Part shown: piece by piece, positions 1 to 11,172 of the stretch
How the letters are laid out: the number at the start of each line of letters is the position of its first letter
How positions within the stretch are numbered: the stretch's first letter is position 1
From: Candidatus Poribacteria bacterium
Lineage (GTDB): Bacteria; Poribacteria; WGA-4E; JAJDTR01
NCBI GenBank assembly: GCA_965222225.1
Contig: CBDCTK010000002.1
Location: forward strand, 4,448,001 to 4,512,000
Direction of reading: 5' to 3'
DNA: 64,000 nt
The notes under the pieces: generated by a model
The model's database searches: none
Told to the model about the DNA's origin: nothing
Seen by the model: the letters and a program-made list of their open reading frames with translations, nothing else
Program-made: the position numbers and the translations under genes

Positions 1-1208
1 CTCTCAGTGCGACGACACTTGGAACGGCTGGAGATGAAGACCTGCAACGCCGACTTGATGGTGAAACGAGACATTCGTTTTTCCTTCACTACAACTTTCC
101 GCCGTTCAGCACCGGAGAAGTAAAGCGAATGATGGGGCCCGGTCGACGGGAGATAGGTCACGGATCGCTTGCTGAAAAAGCAATTCAGCCGGTCATTCCA
201 TCCAAAGATGATTTTCGCTATACGATTCGAGTTGTGTCCGAAATTCTTGAAGCAAACGCCTCATCATCAATGGCAACTGTCTGTGGCGCGACTTTGGCGC
301 TTATGGACGCTGGCGTCCCTATCACAAAACCTGTTGCCGGAATTGGTGTTGGATTGATCAAGGAAGGCGATCACGAGGTTATTCTGACTGATATGCTTGG
401 CACAGAAGATTTCCTCGGAGATATGGATTTCAAGGTTGCGGGGACTCGCGACGGTGTCACAGCGATACAGATGGACATCAAAATTAATGGGGTTACCCCG
501 GACTTGATGAAGAGGGCTATCTATCAAGCGAGAGAGGGGCGTTTAGCCGTGCTTGACAGAATGAGAGAAGTTTTCGCCGAACCTAGATCCGACATCTCCG
601 TGTATGCGCCGCGCATCTACAACATCCAGATTTCTCCGAACAAAATCAAGGATCTCATTGGACCGCGCGGGAAAGTTATTCAAATGATTCAGGAAGAAAC
701 AAATACCACTGTGAACGTTGAAGACAGTGGTAGCGTCGAAATTGCCGCAACGAGCGCCGAAGCAGCGAAAAAGGCGGAGGAGATGATCCGTGAAGTCACC
801 GCTATGCCCGAGGTCGGCAAAGAATACAACGGAAAAGTTGTGCGAACGACGACCTTTGGTGCTTTTGTAGCGATTCTTCCCGGGCAGGATGGATTAGTGC
901 ACATTTCGCAAATGGGTGATGGATACGTCAGAAAAGTTGAAGATGTGATGCAGGTCGGGGATGAGGTTACAGTGAGTGTAATCACTATTGATGACCAGGG
1001 GAGGGTAGATCTTGCTCTCGCCGGTGCAAGTGCCGAGTTGTCATCAACAGATTCTCCGACAGGCGAAGGAGATCGTGGTGCACCCCGCGATGCTGATCGA
1101 GGACGTTCCTCCTCCCGCGACCCTCGAAACAGCCGACCGGGACGCGGTGATAATTCGCGTGATTCTCGTAATCGGAGATCGCCACGCATTCCGAAGGGAC
1201 GTTTTTAA
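1..1208 (+). CDS. pnp: Polyribonucleotide nucleotidyltransferase (PNPase), 5'-truncated by the window edge
   Basis: Open frame from nt 3 (HYNFPPFSTGE...GRREIGHG, SSSMATVCG, GDMDFKVAGT), KH domain (IGPRGKVI), S1 domain (FGAFV...GLVHIS), Arg/Asp-rich tail. Confidence 0.97.
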   Translation, partial: LSATTLGTAGDEDLQRRLDGETRHSFFLHYNFPPFSTGEVKRMMGPGRREIGHGSLAEKAIQPVIPSKDDFRYTIRVVSEILEANASSSMATVCGATLALMDAGVPITKPVAGIGVGLIKEGDHEVILTDMLGTEDFLGDMDFKVAGTRDGVTAIQMDIKINGVTPDLMKRAIYQAREGRLAVLDRMREVFAEPRSDISVYAPRIYNIQISPNKIKDLIGPRGKVIQMIQEETNTTVNVEDSGSVEIAATSAEAAKKAEEMIREVTAMPEVGKEYNGKVVRTTTFGAFVAILPGQDGLVHISQMGDGYVRKVEDVMQVGDEVTVSVITIDDQGRVDLALAGASAELSSTDSPTGEGDRGAPRDADRGRSSSRDPRNSRPGRGDNSRDSRNRRSPRIPKGRF

Positions 1209-1347
1209 GTGTTTGGTGCCGACAACCGAGTTAGGGCCTTCGTGTGAAGTTGAATCGGTGCGGGAGAACAAGTGGTTTTACGCCATCTGCCCCCCATCTT
1301 CTATTCTATCTCTTTCAGTCGATGGATTTTAACGAGAGTTTATTCCG

Positions 1348-1713
1348 ATGCAAGCAAGGAACCGCGTACCAAGGAGAACTCGCCTATCAAAAGGCGATTT
1401 ACTAGATCAGAAATGGTTAACCTATCTCTTGGTGTTAATTCTGATAGTGCTAATTGGTGTTCTTGTGGCGTCGTTGAGATACCAGGACGCACTTGTTAGG
1501 TACGCGAAGGACTTTGTACAACGTGCAAAGGATGCACTCTCCGCCAGTCTCGGTCTGAAAGAGATGCTTGGAGGGTTTGAATACCAAAGTTTCGCAAACC
1601 GATTCGCATTCGCACCGGTTGTAGCGTCACCCAAACTGTGTAATTTCTCTCCTATCAATTCTTTCCTCCATTTTCTGACAGCAGTTGAATCCAAATCAAT
1701 GGCCATTGAATAA
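1348..1713 (+). CDS. Possible small membrane protein (uncertain)
   Basis: 121-aa ORF with one hydrophobic segment; no recognisable family. Confidence 0.3.
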   Translation: MQARNRVPRRTRLSKGDLLDQKWLTYLLVLILIVLIGVLVASLRYQDALVRYAKDFVQRAKDALSASLGLKEMLGGFEYQSFANRFAFAPVVASPKLCNFSPINSFLHFLTAVESKSMAIE

Positions 1714-1734
1714 CGCACGCCGGAGGACTGCCAT

Positions 1735-2250
1735 ATGCGCACTATGCTCCTTCATAGGTGTTTCCCGATCTTGACATGCCTCCTACTAGGCTGTGGTTAC
1801 GTTTCAACCTCCTCCTACCTCGAGCACATCAAGACCGTTCAAATTGCTCCAGTCCAAATTGAGGACTCCGATATTACATACGATATCCAGTCCGATAGAC
1901 CTTATGATGAAATCCTTCAAGAAAAACTGACAGAGCGTTTTACCCGCAAGTGGCGCGACGGAAACGACGCAGTGCTTGAAGTTAGAATCATGGACTACGA
2001 TTTGAGAGAGGTTGACTTCGGTGCTACTAATCAAGCTGAAAAATTGCGCATGAGTTTGCAGGTTGATTATAGATTTATAGACCGTGTCAATAACAAGATT
2101 ATCGATCAGGATGATAGTTATTTTCAAGTTTATGATTTCTTTATCGTCTCAGGCAGAGATGAAGAACCGAAAACGGTGCAACGAGCGCGTACCGAAATTT
2201 TCGATGAGCTTGTTGGCGATCTTTTTCAACTGCTCGCGGAACAATGGTGA
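1735..2250 (+). CDS. LptE-like lipoprotein
   Basis: GGAGG RBS, lipobox LLGC followed by GY, 171 aa, LptE-like pattern ending in W. Confidence 0.6.
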   Translation: MRTMLLHRCFPILTCLLLGCGYVSTSSYLEHIKTVQIAPVQIEDSDITYDIQSDRPYDEILQEKLTERFTRKWRDGNDAVLEVRIMDYDLREVDFGATNQAEKLRMSLQVDYRFIDRVNNKIIDQDDSYFQVYDFFIVSGRDEEPKTVQRARTEIFDELVGDLFQLLAEQW

Positions 2251-2271
2251 GATCGAGGAGGCAACTGCTTA

Positions 2272-3264
2272 ATGAGGGCGTCAAGTGCGGCTTTCCTCGT
2301 ATGCTGCATGGTAATTCTACTTTCTTGCAGTGCCGATCAAAAGCACCACACCGCCCTCCTCCGAGAAGGACAATACCTCTTTGGCGTGTGGAATACATAT
2401 TCGGAGGAAGTTGCAACAAAACTAATAGATCAGATGACTCAGACAGGTGCCCAGGAAAGGGAACAAATCCCGTCTTTACCGATTGAAACTTCTCTAAAAC
2501 CCGCTGACCTGCTGCCCGTTGATGGTGATGTCACTGACTGGGTCGGATCACGCGATCCTAGCGGGTATACTGCGAAAGATTTGTATAAAGATACCCTTGG
2601 GGGGCAGCCCGAGTTATATCAGGCTTATGGCGTTATTGAGCAAGCCGAAGTGGAATACCAGACACCTTTACTCGGATCCTACCCCTTGATTCGTGTTGAA
2701 ATTTTTGACATGCGCACCCCAGAAAACGCTTTCGGGATATATAGTTTCAACCAGTATCCGGAAGCGGAATCCGAGTGGGTTGGCAATCGAGCAGTCATTT
2801 CCGGTAAATTCTTACGGTTTTGGAAAGGAAAGTATTTTGTTGAGATTGAAGGGTACGAATTTGCCACCCAGGTTGAGGAGGGGATGGTTGAACTAGCGAA
2901 GTCAGTAGCGACCCGTATCGACGATCCACCAACAAAACCCTACCTTTTGGAGTTACTTCCGCCAAACAAAATTCCGTACAGTGTAAAATACTTCTTTGAT
3001 GATACCACTCTGCGGAAAATCTATAATTTCCTACCAAGCGATGGCATTCAGTTGGGTGCCAACGCAACAGGCGTCTCCGCCTCCTACGTGCATAAAAAGA
3101 ACAGTAATAGGCATTGGACCGATACAACGGTTGCCTTTCTCATTCGTTACCCCAGTGAGTCAGTAGCAACCGAAGCCTACAACAGTTATCGGGATTATCT
3201 TGAAGACGAGGCCGTTTCCGTTAGCTCGATTGAGGGCAGAGGGATTGTAATCCAGCAACAGTGA
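2272..3264 (+). CDS. Lipoprotein, DUF6599-like
   Basis: Lipobox LLSC; motifs ELYQAYG, VEIFDM..PENAFGIYS, FWKGKYFVEI. Confidence 0.6.
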   Translation: MRASSAAFLVCCMVILLSCSADQKHHTALLREGQYLFGVWNTYSEEVATKLIDQMTQTGAQEREQIPSLPIETSLKPADLLPVDGDVTDWVGSRDPSGYTAKDLYKDTLGGQPELYQAYGVIEQAEVEYQTPLLGSYPLIRVEIFDMRTPENAFGIYSFNQYPEAESEWVGNRAVISGKFLRFWKGKYFVEIEGYEFATQVEEGMVELAKSVATRIDDPPTKPYLLELLPPNKIPYSVKYFFDDTTLRKIYNFLPSDGIQLGANATGVSASYVHKKNSNRHWTDTTVAFLIRYPSESVATEAYNSYRDYLEDEAVSVSSIEGRGIVIQQQ

Positions 3265-3355
3265 GAATCAGGTTTCTCGAATTGAATAAGAAATTAGGAA
3301 TGGTGCGAGGTTTCGTTGCTTTGTTTTTTCACGCATCACGTTTCTCTGCACCGCC

Positions 3356-4453
3356 ATGTCAGACAATCTAAAGCGTACCCCACTCTTCGAAATCCACAAA
3401 CAACTCGGCGCGCGGATGATTGAATTTGGCGGCTGGGAAATGCCAGTTCAATACTGTAGCATAGTTGCAGAGCATCTAGCGGTTCGGTCAAATGTTGGTA
3501 TTTTTGACCTGTCGCATATGGGAGACATTGAGATTAAAGGTTCAGGATCGCTACCTCTGATCCAAAAGCTCATCACCAATGATGCCTCGAAGCTCAGTGA
3601 TGGACGAATTCTATATTCCCCGATGTGTACAGAAACCGGCGGAATTGTGGACGACCTTCTCGTTTATCGTTTCAGCGCGTCCAGGTACATGCTGGTCGTT
3701 AATGCCTCAAATATTGATAAGGATTGTGATTGGATTCATGTCCATAATAGTAATGGTGCAGAAGTCTCCAATTTGAGCGATGAAACTGTCCTCGTTGCGT
3801 TGCAAGGCAAAAATGCCCCAAATATCCTAGAGGCGCTGACAGATGTTGACATCTCAGCGGTTGAGTATTACGCCTTCATGGAAGGCGAGGTTGGCGGTAT
3901 TCCATCCGTCATCTCGCGCACCGGATACACGGGGGAAGCCGGATTTGAGTTGTATGTGACAGCGAATCGTGGCGAGGACATGTGGAACGTCCTTCATGAT
4001 GCTACAATAAATGTAGGCGGAAAACCTGTAGGCCTCGCAGCGAGAGATACGCTGCGTTTAGAAATGAGGTTCTGTTTGTATGGGAACGACATTGACGAGA
4101 CGACTACACCGCTAGAAGCAGGTCTGCGCTGGACCGTGGCATTTGACAAAGGGGATTTCACCGGGAAGAACGCATTAATCCAGCAGCGTAACAGCGGGAT
4201 CAAGCGATGTCTCACCGGATTCAAAATGCTAGACCGTGGAATTGCACGGTCGCATCATAAAGTCTATCATGGAGATTTGTCAATCGGTGAAGTTACCAGC
4301 GGGGCGCCGTCACCAAGCCTAGAGTGCAATATCGGGCTTGCCTACCTGCCGATAGAATGGAGTGAGAGAAAGACGAAAATCGACATCGAGATTCGAGGGA
4401 AACGCCATCCTGCGGAGGTGGTGGCAACCCCATTTTATAAATCGTCAAATTAG
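3356..4453 (+). CDS. gcvT: Glycine cleavage system aminomethyltransferase T
   Basis: LKRTPL, FGGWEMPVQY, FDLSHMG, SRTGYTGE.GFE, ARDTLRLE. Confidence 0.97.
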   Translation: MSDNLKRTPLFEIHKQLGARMIEFGGWEMPVQYCSIVAEHLAVRSNVGIFDLSHMGDIEIKGSGSLPLIQKLITNDASKLSDGRILYSPMCTETGGIVDDLLVYRFSASRYMLVVNASNIDKDCDWIHVHNSNGAEVSNLSDETVLVALQGKNAPNILEALTDVDISAVEYYAFMEGEVGGIPSVISRTGYTGEAGFELYVTANRGEDMWNVLHDATINVGGKPVGLAARDTLRLEMRFCLYGNDIDETTTPLEAGLRWTVAFDKGDFTGKNALIQQRNSGIKRCLTGFKMLDRGIARSHHKVYHGDLSIGEVTSGAPSPSLECNIGLAYLPIEWSERKTKIDIEIRGKRHPAEVVATPFYKSSN

Positions 4454-4496
4454 GCGTCACTTATTGTAAAACCTTACGAATGGGTCAGGAGATTGG

Positions 4497-4886
4497 ATGT
4501 TTCCGACAGAGTTAAAGTATATGGAGAGTCACGAATGGGCAAGAAATGAGGGAGATGTGATTACCGTGGGCGTCTCCGACTATGCCCAGCAAGAAATTCA
4601 AGATGTTGTCTACGTTGAACTCCCAGAAATCGGTCAAGAACTTGAGCAAAAAAAGGAGTTCGGCGTTATCGAGTCTGTCAAAGCGGCGTTCGACATTTCC
4701 GCTCCCGCCAGTGGCGAGGTTGTCGAAATCAACGAAGAACTTGAGGACAGTCCGGAATGTATCAATGAAGATCCTTACGGCGCTGGGTGGATAATCAAGA
4801 TTCACTTGAGCGATCCTAGCGAGCTAGACAACCTTCTATCTGTCGATGAATATCAGGCGAAACTTGAGGCTGAACTGGAAGCGTAG
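4497..4886 (+). CDS. gcvH: Glycine cleavage system H protein
   Basis: SHEW, lipoyl-Lys motif [18 protein letters not shown]. Confidence 0.97.
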   Translation: MFPTELKYMESHEWARNEGDVITVGVSDYAQQEIQDVVYVELPEIGQELEQKKEFGVIESVKAAFDISAPASGEVVEINEELEDSPECINEDPYGAGWIIKIHLSDPSELDNLLSVDEYQAKLEAELEA

Positions 4887-4887
4887 G

Positions 4888-7782
4888 ATGGAATCAGCGA
4901 GAGATAAAGCAGCCCAAGTTCTCGATTTTACTGATGTATTCGTAGATCGGCATATTGGTCCCCGATCGGACGACATTGAACTGATGTTGGAAAAGCTTGG
5001 CTACAGTTCTCTGAGCACATTCATTGAAGATGTCATCCCATCGCACATCCGCCTAAACCAGTCGCTAGCCATCAGCGCTGGGTATACCGAACACGAAGCC
5101 TTGCGGATGTTAAAAGATATTGCCTCGCAGAATGACCTGTATCGCTCATTCATCGGAATGGGCTATTATAATTGTATCCTTCCACCCGTAATCCAACGGA
5201 ACATACTTGAAAACCCTGGCTGGTACACCGCGTATACACCGTATCAAGCGGAGATTTCGCAAGGGCGTCTAGAAGCCCTGTTAAATTTCCAAACGATGAT
5301 TATCGATCTTAGCGGATTACCAATCGCCAATGCCTCACTTCTTGACGAGGCAACCGCAGCGGCTGAAGCCATGGGAATGTGCCTCGCCACAACGAAACAT
5401 CGGAACACGCCGACGTTTTTCATATCGGAAACATGCCATCCTCAGACAATCGCCGTCCTCCGCACGCGCGCAGAATCGCTGGGCATTGAGTTGATTTTTG
5501 GCGATCATCTCAAAGTGCAATTTGATCTGCCTATTCTAGGGGCAATTGTGCAATATCCTGCCAGCGATGGAGTGATTCACGATTATCGTGATTTTGCGGA
5601 TCAGGTTCACGAAGCTGGCGGATTGCTAGTTGTTGCGACCGATCTCCTTGCGCTGACTCTGCTTCTTCCGCCTGGCGAGTTTGGCGCCGACATTGCGGTT
5701 GGCTCGGCGCAGAGATTTGGGGTGCCTATCGGTTACGGCGGTCCGCACGCAGCATTCTTGGCGGCAAAAGAAGAATTTAAACGCAGGGTGCCCGGGCGAA
5801 TTGCCGGACTCTCGCATGACACCGAGGGGCGACCGGCGATCCGGCTTGCACTTCAGACACGAGAACAACATATCCGTAGAGAAAAAGCGACGAGTAATAT
5901 CTGCACAGCACAGGTGCTGTTAGCCGTGATGGCGGGCATGTACGCCGTTTACCACGGTCCGGCAGGGATGCGCCGGATTGCCAAGCGCGTCCATGAACTA
6001 ACCGGGGTTTTGCGACGAGGGCTGGAATCATTGGGGTACACGATTGGTGAGGGGGCGTTCTTTGATACAATTTGTGTCGAGTTTGGTTCGGTCAATCTAG
6101 AACGTCTGTTAGAAGCGGCGTGTGAAGTGAAGATAAACTTTAGAATTTTTGACCGCGCTCGTGGCGGAATTTCGCTCGACGAAGCAACTACAACCAAGGA
6201 TGTTCAAGAACTGCTTGATATTTTCGCGCTTGGAAGAAAACAACCGGCTGAATTTGAGAGTTTGGTCTTGGAAGGCACCGCTTCGACAACGGAAATTCCG
6301 GCAGCATTGCAGCGAAATACCCCGTATCTTTCACACCCTGTCTTTAACACCTACCATTCAGAAACAGAGATGTTGAGGTACATCCACAAACTTCAGGAGA
6401 AGGACCTCTCCCTAACTCGTTCGATGATACCGCTCGGCTCCTGTACGATGAAGTTGAACGCGACTGCCGAAATGATCCCGGTGACTTGGAACGAGTTTTC
6501 ACAGGCGCATCCGTTTGTGCCTCGCGAGCAGACGACCGGCTACCAAACGCTTTTTTCGCAACTTGAATCGTGGCTCTCCGAAATCACCGGATTTGCCGGT
6601 ATCTCCTTACAGCCTAACGCCGGATCCCAAGGCGAATATGCGGGGCTTTTGGTGATTCGCAAATACCATCAGAATCGAGATGAAGGGAATCGAAATATTT
6701 GTTTAATCCCCAAATCCGCGCACGGGACGAATCCCGCCAGTGCGGTGATGGCGGGGATGAAAGTTGTCGTAATTGATTGCGACGATGCGGGCAATATTGA
6801 CCTCGTTGACCTGAGAAGGAAGAGCGAGGAGCATAGTCATAATCTCGCGGCTGCCATGATTACCTATCCTTCCACTCACGGTGTTTTTGAGAAAGGAATT
6901 CAGAAAATCTGCGAGGTTGTGCATCAACACGGCGGGCAGGTTTATATGGATGGCGCCAATATGAACGCCATGGTGGGCTTATGTCGTCCAGGGGATTTTG
7001 GACCGGATGTCTGCCACCTGAACCTTCACAAGACATTCTGTATTCCACATGGCGGCGGCGGTCCCGGAATGGGGCCTATCGGGGTAAAAGAACATCTCAC
7101 TCGCTTCCTCCCGACACATCCACTTGTATCTGTTGGCGGAAAAGATGGAGTGGGTGCGATTTCCGCCGCGCCGTGGGGTAGTCCGAGTATTCTCCCAGTC
7201 TCGTGGGCGTATATCGCTATGATGGGGGCTGAAGGTTTGAAGAGAGCCAGTGAAGTGGCTATTCTAAACGCCAATTATATTTCAAGATGTTTGGAACCAC
7301 ACTATTCAGTGCTTTACAAGGGGAGTCACGGGCTTGTTGCACACGAATGCATTGTCGATCTTCGTGGCATAAAGAATGCGACTGGTGTCGGGGTCGTTGA
7401 CATCGCGAAACGCCTGATGGATTATGGTTTTCATGCTCCAACAGTGTCATGGCCTGTCAATGAGACGATGATGATTGAGCCCACGGAGAGTGAATCAAAA
7501 CAGGAATTAGACCGGTTCTGCGAAGCGTTGATTTCAATCCGCCAAGAGATTGCCGAAATTGAAAACGGGGAAGCGGATCGCACGGACAATGTTCTCAAGA
7601 ACGCACCTCATACGGCAGTCTATGTTACGCAATCAGAGTGGACGCACGGCTACACACGGGAAAAAGCCGCTTTCCCCGCACCTTGGACGCGCGAAAATAA
7701 GTATTGGCCACCGGTTTCACGGATTGATGAAGCACAAGGAGATCGAACGTTGATCTGCGCTTGTCCTTCGATTGACTCATAA
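4888..7782 (+). CDS. gcvP: Glycine dehydrogenase (decarboxylating), single-chain P protein
   Basis: [23 protein letters not shown]-Lys motif [18 protein letters not shown]; likely start is ATG 4888 just after the gcvH stop. Confidence 0.97.
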   Translation: MESARDKAAQVLDFTDVFVDRHIGPRSDDIELMLEKLGYSSLSTFIEDVIPSHIRLNQSLAISAGYTEHEALRMLKDIASQNDLYRSFIGMGYYNCILPPVIQRNILENPGWYTAYTPYQAEISQGRLEALLNFQTMIIDLSGLPIANASLLDEATAAAEAMGMCLATTKHRNTPTFFISETCHPQTIAVLRTRAESLGIELIFGDHLKVQFDLPILGAIVQYPASDGVIHDYRDFADQVHEAGGLLVVATDLLALTLLLPPGEFGADIAVGSAQRFGVPIGYGGPHAAFLAAKEEFKRRVPGRIAGLSHDTEGRPAIRLALQTREQHIRREKATSNICTAQVLLAVMAGMYAVYHGPAGMRRIAKRVHELTGVLRRGLESLGYTIGEGAFFDTICVEFGSVNLERLLEAACEVKINFRIFDRARGGISLDEATTTKDVQELLDIFALGRKQPAEFESLVLEGTASTTEIPAALQRNTPYLSHPVFNTYHSETEMLRYIHKLQEKDLSLTRSMIPLGSCTMKLNATAEMIPVTWNEFSQAHPFVPREQTTGYQTLFSQLESWLSEITGFAGISLQPNAGSQGEYAGLLVIRKYHQNRDEGNRNICLIPKSAHGTNPASAVMAGMKVVVIDCDDAGNIDLVDLRRKSEEHSHNLAAAMITYPSTHGVFEKGIQKICEVVHQHGGQVYMDGANMNAMVGLCRPGDFGPDVCHLNLHKTFCIPHGGGGPGMGPIGVKEHLTRFLPTHPLVSVGGKDGVGAISAAPWGSPSILPVSWAYIAMMGAEGLKRASEVAILNANYISRCLEPHYSVLYKGSHGLVAHECIVDLRGIKNATGVGVVDIAKRLMDYGFHAPTVSWPVNETMMIEPTESESKQELDRFCEALISIRQEIAEIENGEADRTDNVLKNAPHTAVYVTQSEWTHGYTREKAAFPAPWTRENKYWPPVSRIDEAQGDRTLICACPSIDS

Positions 7783-7818
7783 GGCAGTTGAATCGACAGG
7801 TTCGTATTTATAGATTTA

Positions 7819-8020
7819 AAGCTAGTTTGAATAATATATGGCAAAGCCATTTTTGGTCATTTGTATTACTATATGCCTGATGCCTGTGAATCTCTATCGC
7901 ACGGGATTTTCTATCAATGTGTGGGGGATCTGACAATTCATACGCCTTTGAAGATGAGAAAAGCAGGTGGCTACCTTCGATGGTGCCTTACAAGAAATGG
8001 TGAGCGGTGCCCACCCTACA
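7819..8020. repeat. Degenerate MITE/REP composite with nested left halves of the 36-bp unit
   Basis: TIR-like AAGCTAGTTTGAATAAT then TGGCAAAGCCATTTTTGGTCATTTGT (as at 15323 and 57210); CTCTATCGCACGGGATTTTCTAT at 7892-7914; REP GGTGAGCGGTGCCCACCCTACA at 7999-8020. Confidence 0.7.
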
Positions 8021-8093
8021 AATGTATTCATACGGAAGATGAATCCTTCGATTCATCATTAAAGATTTACCACGGTTGTAGGCGCCTAACCAA

Positions 8094-9461
8094 ATGAAAG
8101 CAATTATCATAGGAGCCGGGGAAGTTGGATTCCACACCGCGCGGGTGTTAACTGCCGAAAGGGATAACGATGTTGTGCTTATCGACCGGTCGGAAGCTGT
8201 CTGTCAACGCGCCCAAGAACAGTTGGATCTAATCGCCCTGCAAGGATCGGGTGCCTCGCCAACCCTATTGAAGAAGGCGGGGATTGAAAATGCAGGGCTG
8301 TTAATTGCCGTGACTAACAGCGACGAGATTAATATCCTGGCGTGCGCGATTGCGGCGCAATTTCGCGTCCGAACGAAAGTCGCGCGTGTATCCTCTCCAG
8401 AATACTTTGAAGGGGAAGGCAGCCTGCGTCCGGAAGATTTGAAAATAGATCTTCTCATTAATCCGGAACAGCTCTGCGCACAGGAATTTTACCGTCTCCT
8501 TAATACACCTGAAACGCGTGAAATCGTCGAATTTGAGGATGGCAAAGTCCGATTAGTTGCGTTCCGCGTGAAATCACGGAATCCGTTTCAGGGAAAATCG
8601 ATGATTCAGCTAGGGAGCGAAGGGTTGGTTTCCAATCTGAGATTCACCGGAATTAAGCGCAAGGATGGTACAACGGTTGTTCCCAAAGGTAATGACATTA
8701 TTCACGAAGGCGATGAGATATTCGCAATAGGCAGCCAAGAAGCCGTTGCAATCCTGCTAGAGCGTTCAGGGGTTTCCCTTGATGAAAAACTGAATCGAGT
8801 GGTTATCGCCGGAGCGGGACGCATCGGGATATATCTTGCACAGACCCTTGAGCGAGACGGTGTGAGCGTCAAGCTAATTGAGGTGGATAGAGAAAAGGCG
8901 GAGATTGCGTCAAGGACTCTGAAACGCACAACTGTTCTTCATGGCGATTACCTTAAACCCGGCTTTCTTGAGGAAGCCGGAGTTCAAGAAGTCGACGGGT
9001 TCGTTTCCGTTACCGGCGACGATGAGAATGACATTATGGCTTGTGTGACCGCAAAGCAGAGTGGCGCCGCGCGTGTTCTGGCACTGGTTCAGCAACCGCG
9101 TTATCTACCTATCCTCGCAGCCATTCCCACACTTGATTCGGCGGTGAGCCGCCATCTGACCGCAGTCGGAAGCATTTTGAGCCTTGTCCGTAGAGGGCAC
9201 ATTGTTTCGGTGGCATCACTTCGAGAGATCGACGCGGAAGTCATTGATATCGTAGCAGAAGCCAATTCTAAAATCGTCCGCAAAGATTTGATTTCGCTGG
9301 GACGAAAATTCCCTCATGATGCACTCATCGGTGCCATTGTACGGCGCGACAAAGTGCTAGTACCGACAGGGAAAAGCGTTATTCAGGTCGGAGATCGCGT
9401 CATTATCTTTAGCATGCCGCACGCAATCCCTGAAATCGAAAACCTCTTTACAGCACGGTAG
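8094..9461 (+). CDS. trkA: Trk potassium uptake NAD-binding subunit
   Basis: Two RCK domains with GAGEVG and GAGRIG Rossmann motifs, 455 aa. Confidence 0.95.
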   Translation: MKAIIIGAGEVGFHTARVLTAERDNDVVLIDRSEAVCQRAQEQLDLIALQGSGASPTLLKKAGIENAGLLIAVTNSDEINILACAIAAQFRVRTKVARVSSPEYFEGEGSLRPEDLKIDLLINPEQLCAQEFYRLLNTPETREIVEFEDGKVRLVAFRVKSRNPFQGKSMIQLGSEGLVSNLRFTGIKRKDGTTVVPKGNDIIHEGDEIFAIGSQEAVAILLERSGVSLDEKLNRVVIAGAGRIGIYLAQTLERDGVSVKLIEVDREKAEIASRTLKRTTVLHGDYLKPGFLEEAGVQEVDGFVSVTGDDENDIMACVTAKQSGAARVLALVQQPRYLPILAAIPTLDSAVSRHLTAVGSILSLVRRGHIVSVASLREIDAEVIDIVAEANSKIVRKDLISLGRKFPHDALIGAIVRRDKVLVPTGKSVIQVGDRVIIFSMPHAIPEIENLFTAR

Positions 9462-9639
9462 CTTAAGAGCAGTGGACTTCAAGATGTTAGGGAGCCAAAT
9501 AGGTTCGGTTGCCGCGCGGCGAAATAGAACGCCTGCAGCTATCGGGATTTAACGCAGGCACACAAAACCCACTACCTGTGCATTTTTAACGGTACTCCGC
9601 GATCCAATGGTTCGCCAATTTCCTACCCTATAACCAATC

Positions 9640-11136
9640 TTGAATTTTAGATTAGTTCTCTACACACTTGGCAACCTGTTAATTTTCCTCGCCGGGTCAA
9701 TGCTCCTTCCTCTCGTCGTAGCCCTGTATTATGGGGGGACTGAAGGCGACACAGACCTTTGGGCGTTCCTGTCTTCTTTTGCGATTACATGCCTGATAGG
9801 CGTTGTCCTGCGCTTTACCGCCAAGTTCAAGCAAGAATTGCGCAATAAAGAGGGAGCCGCAGTTGTGGCGTTTGGCTGGACCGGATGCGCTATTTTTGGA
9901 GCCCTTCCCTATTTCTTCCACAACGTTTTTGGCGACGTTGACAGAAATTTTCTTGTCGAGTTTTCATTCTGCTTTTTTGAATCCATGTCCGGGTTTACCA
10001 CCACGGGAGCGACCGTCCTCACACAGATTGAAGGGGTTCCCAAAGGGATACTCTTCTGGCGCAGTTTTACTCACTGGCTTGGAGGAATGGGAATTGTTGT
10101 TCTAGCCGTTGCCATCCTGCCGATGCTGGGTGTCGGAGGGATGCAGTTATTCCGTGCAGAAGCGCCGGGGCCTCAGACGGAGCGCTTGACGCCGCGTATC
10201 GCCCAGACGGCGAAGTTACTTTGGGGCGTCTACGTGCTCATTTCAGCGGTCGAAGTGTTATTGTTGTGGTTAGGGGGTATGACGTTGTTCGACGCACTCT
10301 GTCATACGTTTGGCACAATGGCAACAGGCGGTTTTTCTACCAAGAATCTGAGCATTGGTCAGTATGACAGTGTCTATTTCGATGTGGTGGTTACCTTCTT
10401 TATGTTCCTCGCCGGAACCAATTTTGCTCTGCATTACCGCGCACTTCGCGGAAACTTTGCCAGTTATCTCAAAGACGCCGAATTTCGCTTTTACGGACTA
10501 ATCTTCCTTCTGTGCACAGGGCTAATCGTTTGGAACACGATGAGCATGAAAGTGGGAGACACTGTCGTCTATGATTCTTTTGGAGATGCCCTGCGCTATG
10601 CCTCTTTCCAAGTAGGCGCCATCATCACAACGACCGGCTATGGAACTTTTGATTTCGAAAAATGGCCTGCGCTTTCGCAATTTCTACTGGTGATTCTCAT
10701 GTTTTTCGGCGGGTGTGCCGGATCAACGGGCGGCGGGTTAAAACAGATACGATTCCTGCTCCTAATAAAACAGGGATATGTGGAAATAAAAAGGTTGATA
10801 CTTCCACACGCGGTGCTTCCTGTCAAAGTCGGTAATCGGGTTGTTCCACAGGAGGTCATGACAAATGTGCTCGGGTTTTTCTTTCTTTTTATTGGCATCT
10901 TCGCCATAGTGACTTGCATAATGGCAGCGCTCGGACTGGACCTCGTCAGTGCCGCGGCATCCACCATAGCGACCATGGCGAACATAGGTCCCGGACTTGG
11001 CAGCGTGGGGCCTATTGACAACTATGCCCATATCCCGACAGTCGGGAAGTTCATACTCAGTTTTTGTATGTTGCTAGGACGCTTGGAGTTGTATACTGTG
11101 CTCGTTCTGTTTGCCCCCGAGCTGTGGAGAAAATGA
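9640..11136 (+). CDS. trkH: Trk potassium uptake membrane subunit
   Basis: FESMSGFTTTGAT, TMATGGFS, TTTGY, GGCAGSTGGG, NIGPG, MLLGRLE. Confidence 0.96.
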   Translation: MNFRLVLYTLGNLLIFLAGSMLLPLVVALYYGGTEGDTDLWAFLSSFAITCLIGVVLRFTAKFKQELRNKEGAAVVAFGWTGCAIFGALPYFFHNVFGDVDRNFLVEFSFCFFESMSGFTTTGATVLTQIEGVPKGILFWRSFTHWLGGMGIVVLAVAILPMLGVGGMQLFRAEAPGPQTERLTPRIAQTAKLLWGVYVLISAVEVLLLWLGGMTLFDALCHTFGTMATGGFSTKNLSIGQYDSVYFDVVVTFFMFLAGTNFALHYRALRGNFASYLKDAEFRFYGLIFLLCTGLIVWNTMSMKVGDTVVYDSFGDALRYASFQVGAIITTTGYGTFDFEKWPALSQFLLVILMFFGGCAGSTGGGLKQIRFLLLIKQGYVEIKRLILPHAVLPVKVGNRVVPQEVMTNVLGFFFLFIGIFAIVTCIMAALGLDLVSAAASTIATMANIGPGLGSVGPIDNYAHIPTVGKFILSFCMLLGRLELYTVLVLFAPELWRK

Positions 11137-11172
11137 CCCGTGTGGTCATTACGAGAAAAGACGGGATGGAAG

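Noticed and set aside
3265-3355. Glycine riboswitch upstream of gcvT
   Set aside because: The intergenic region is ~90 bp and lacks the GGAGA...CCGAAGG...CTCTCAGG core.
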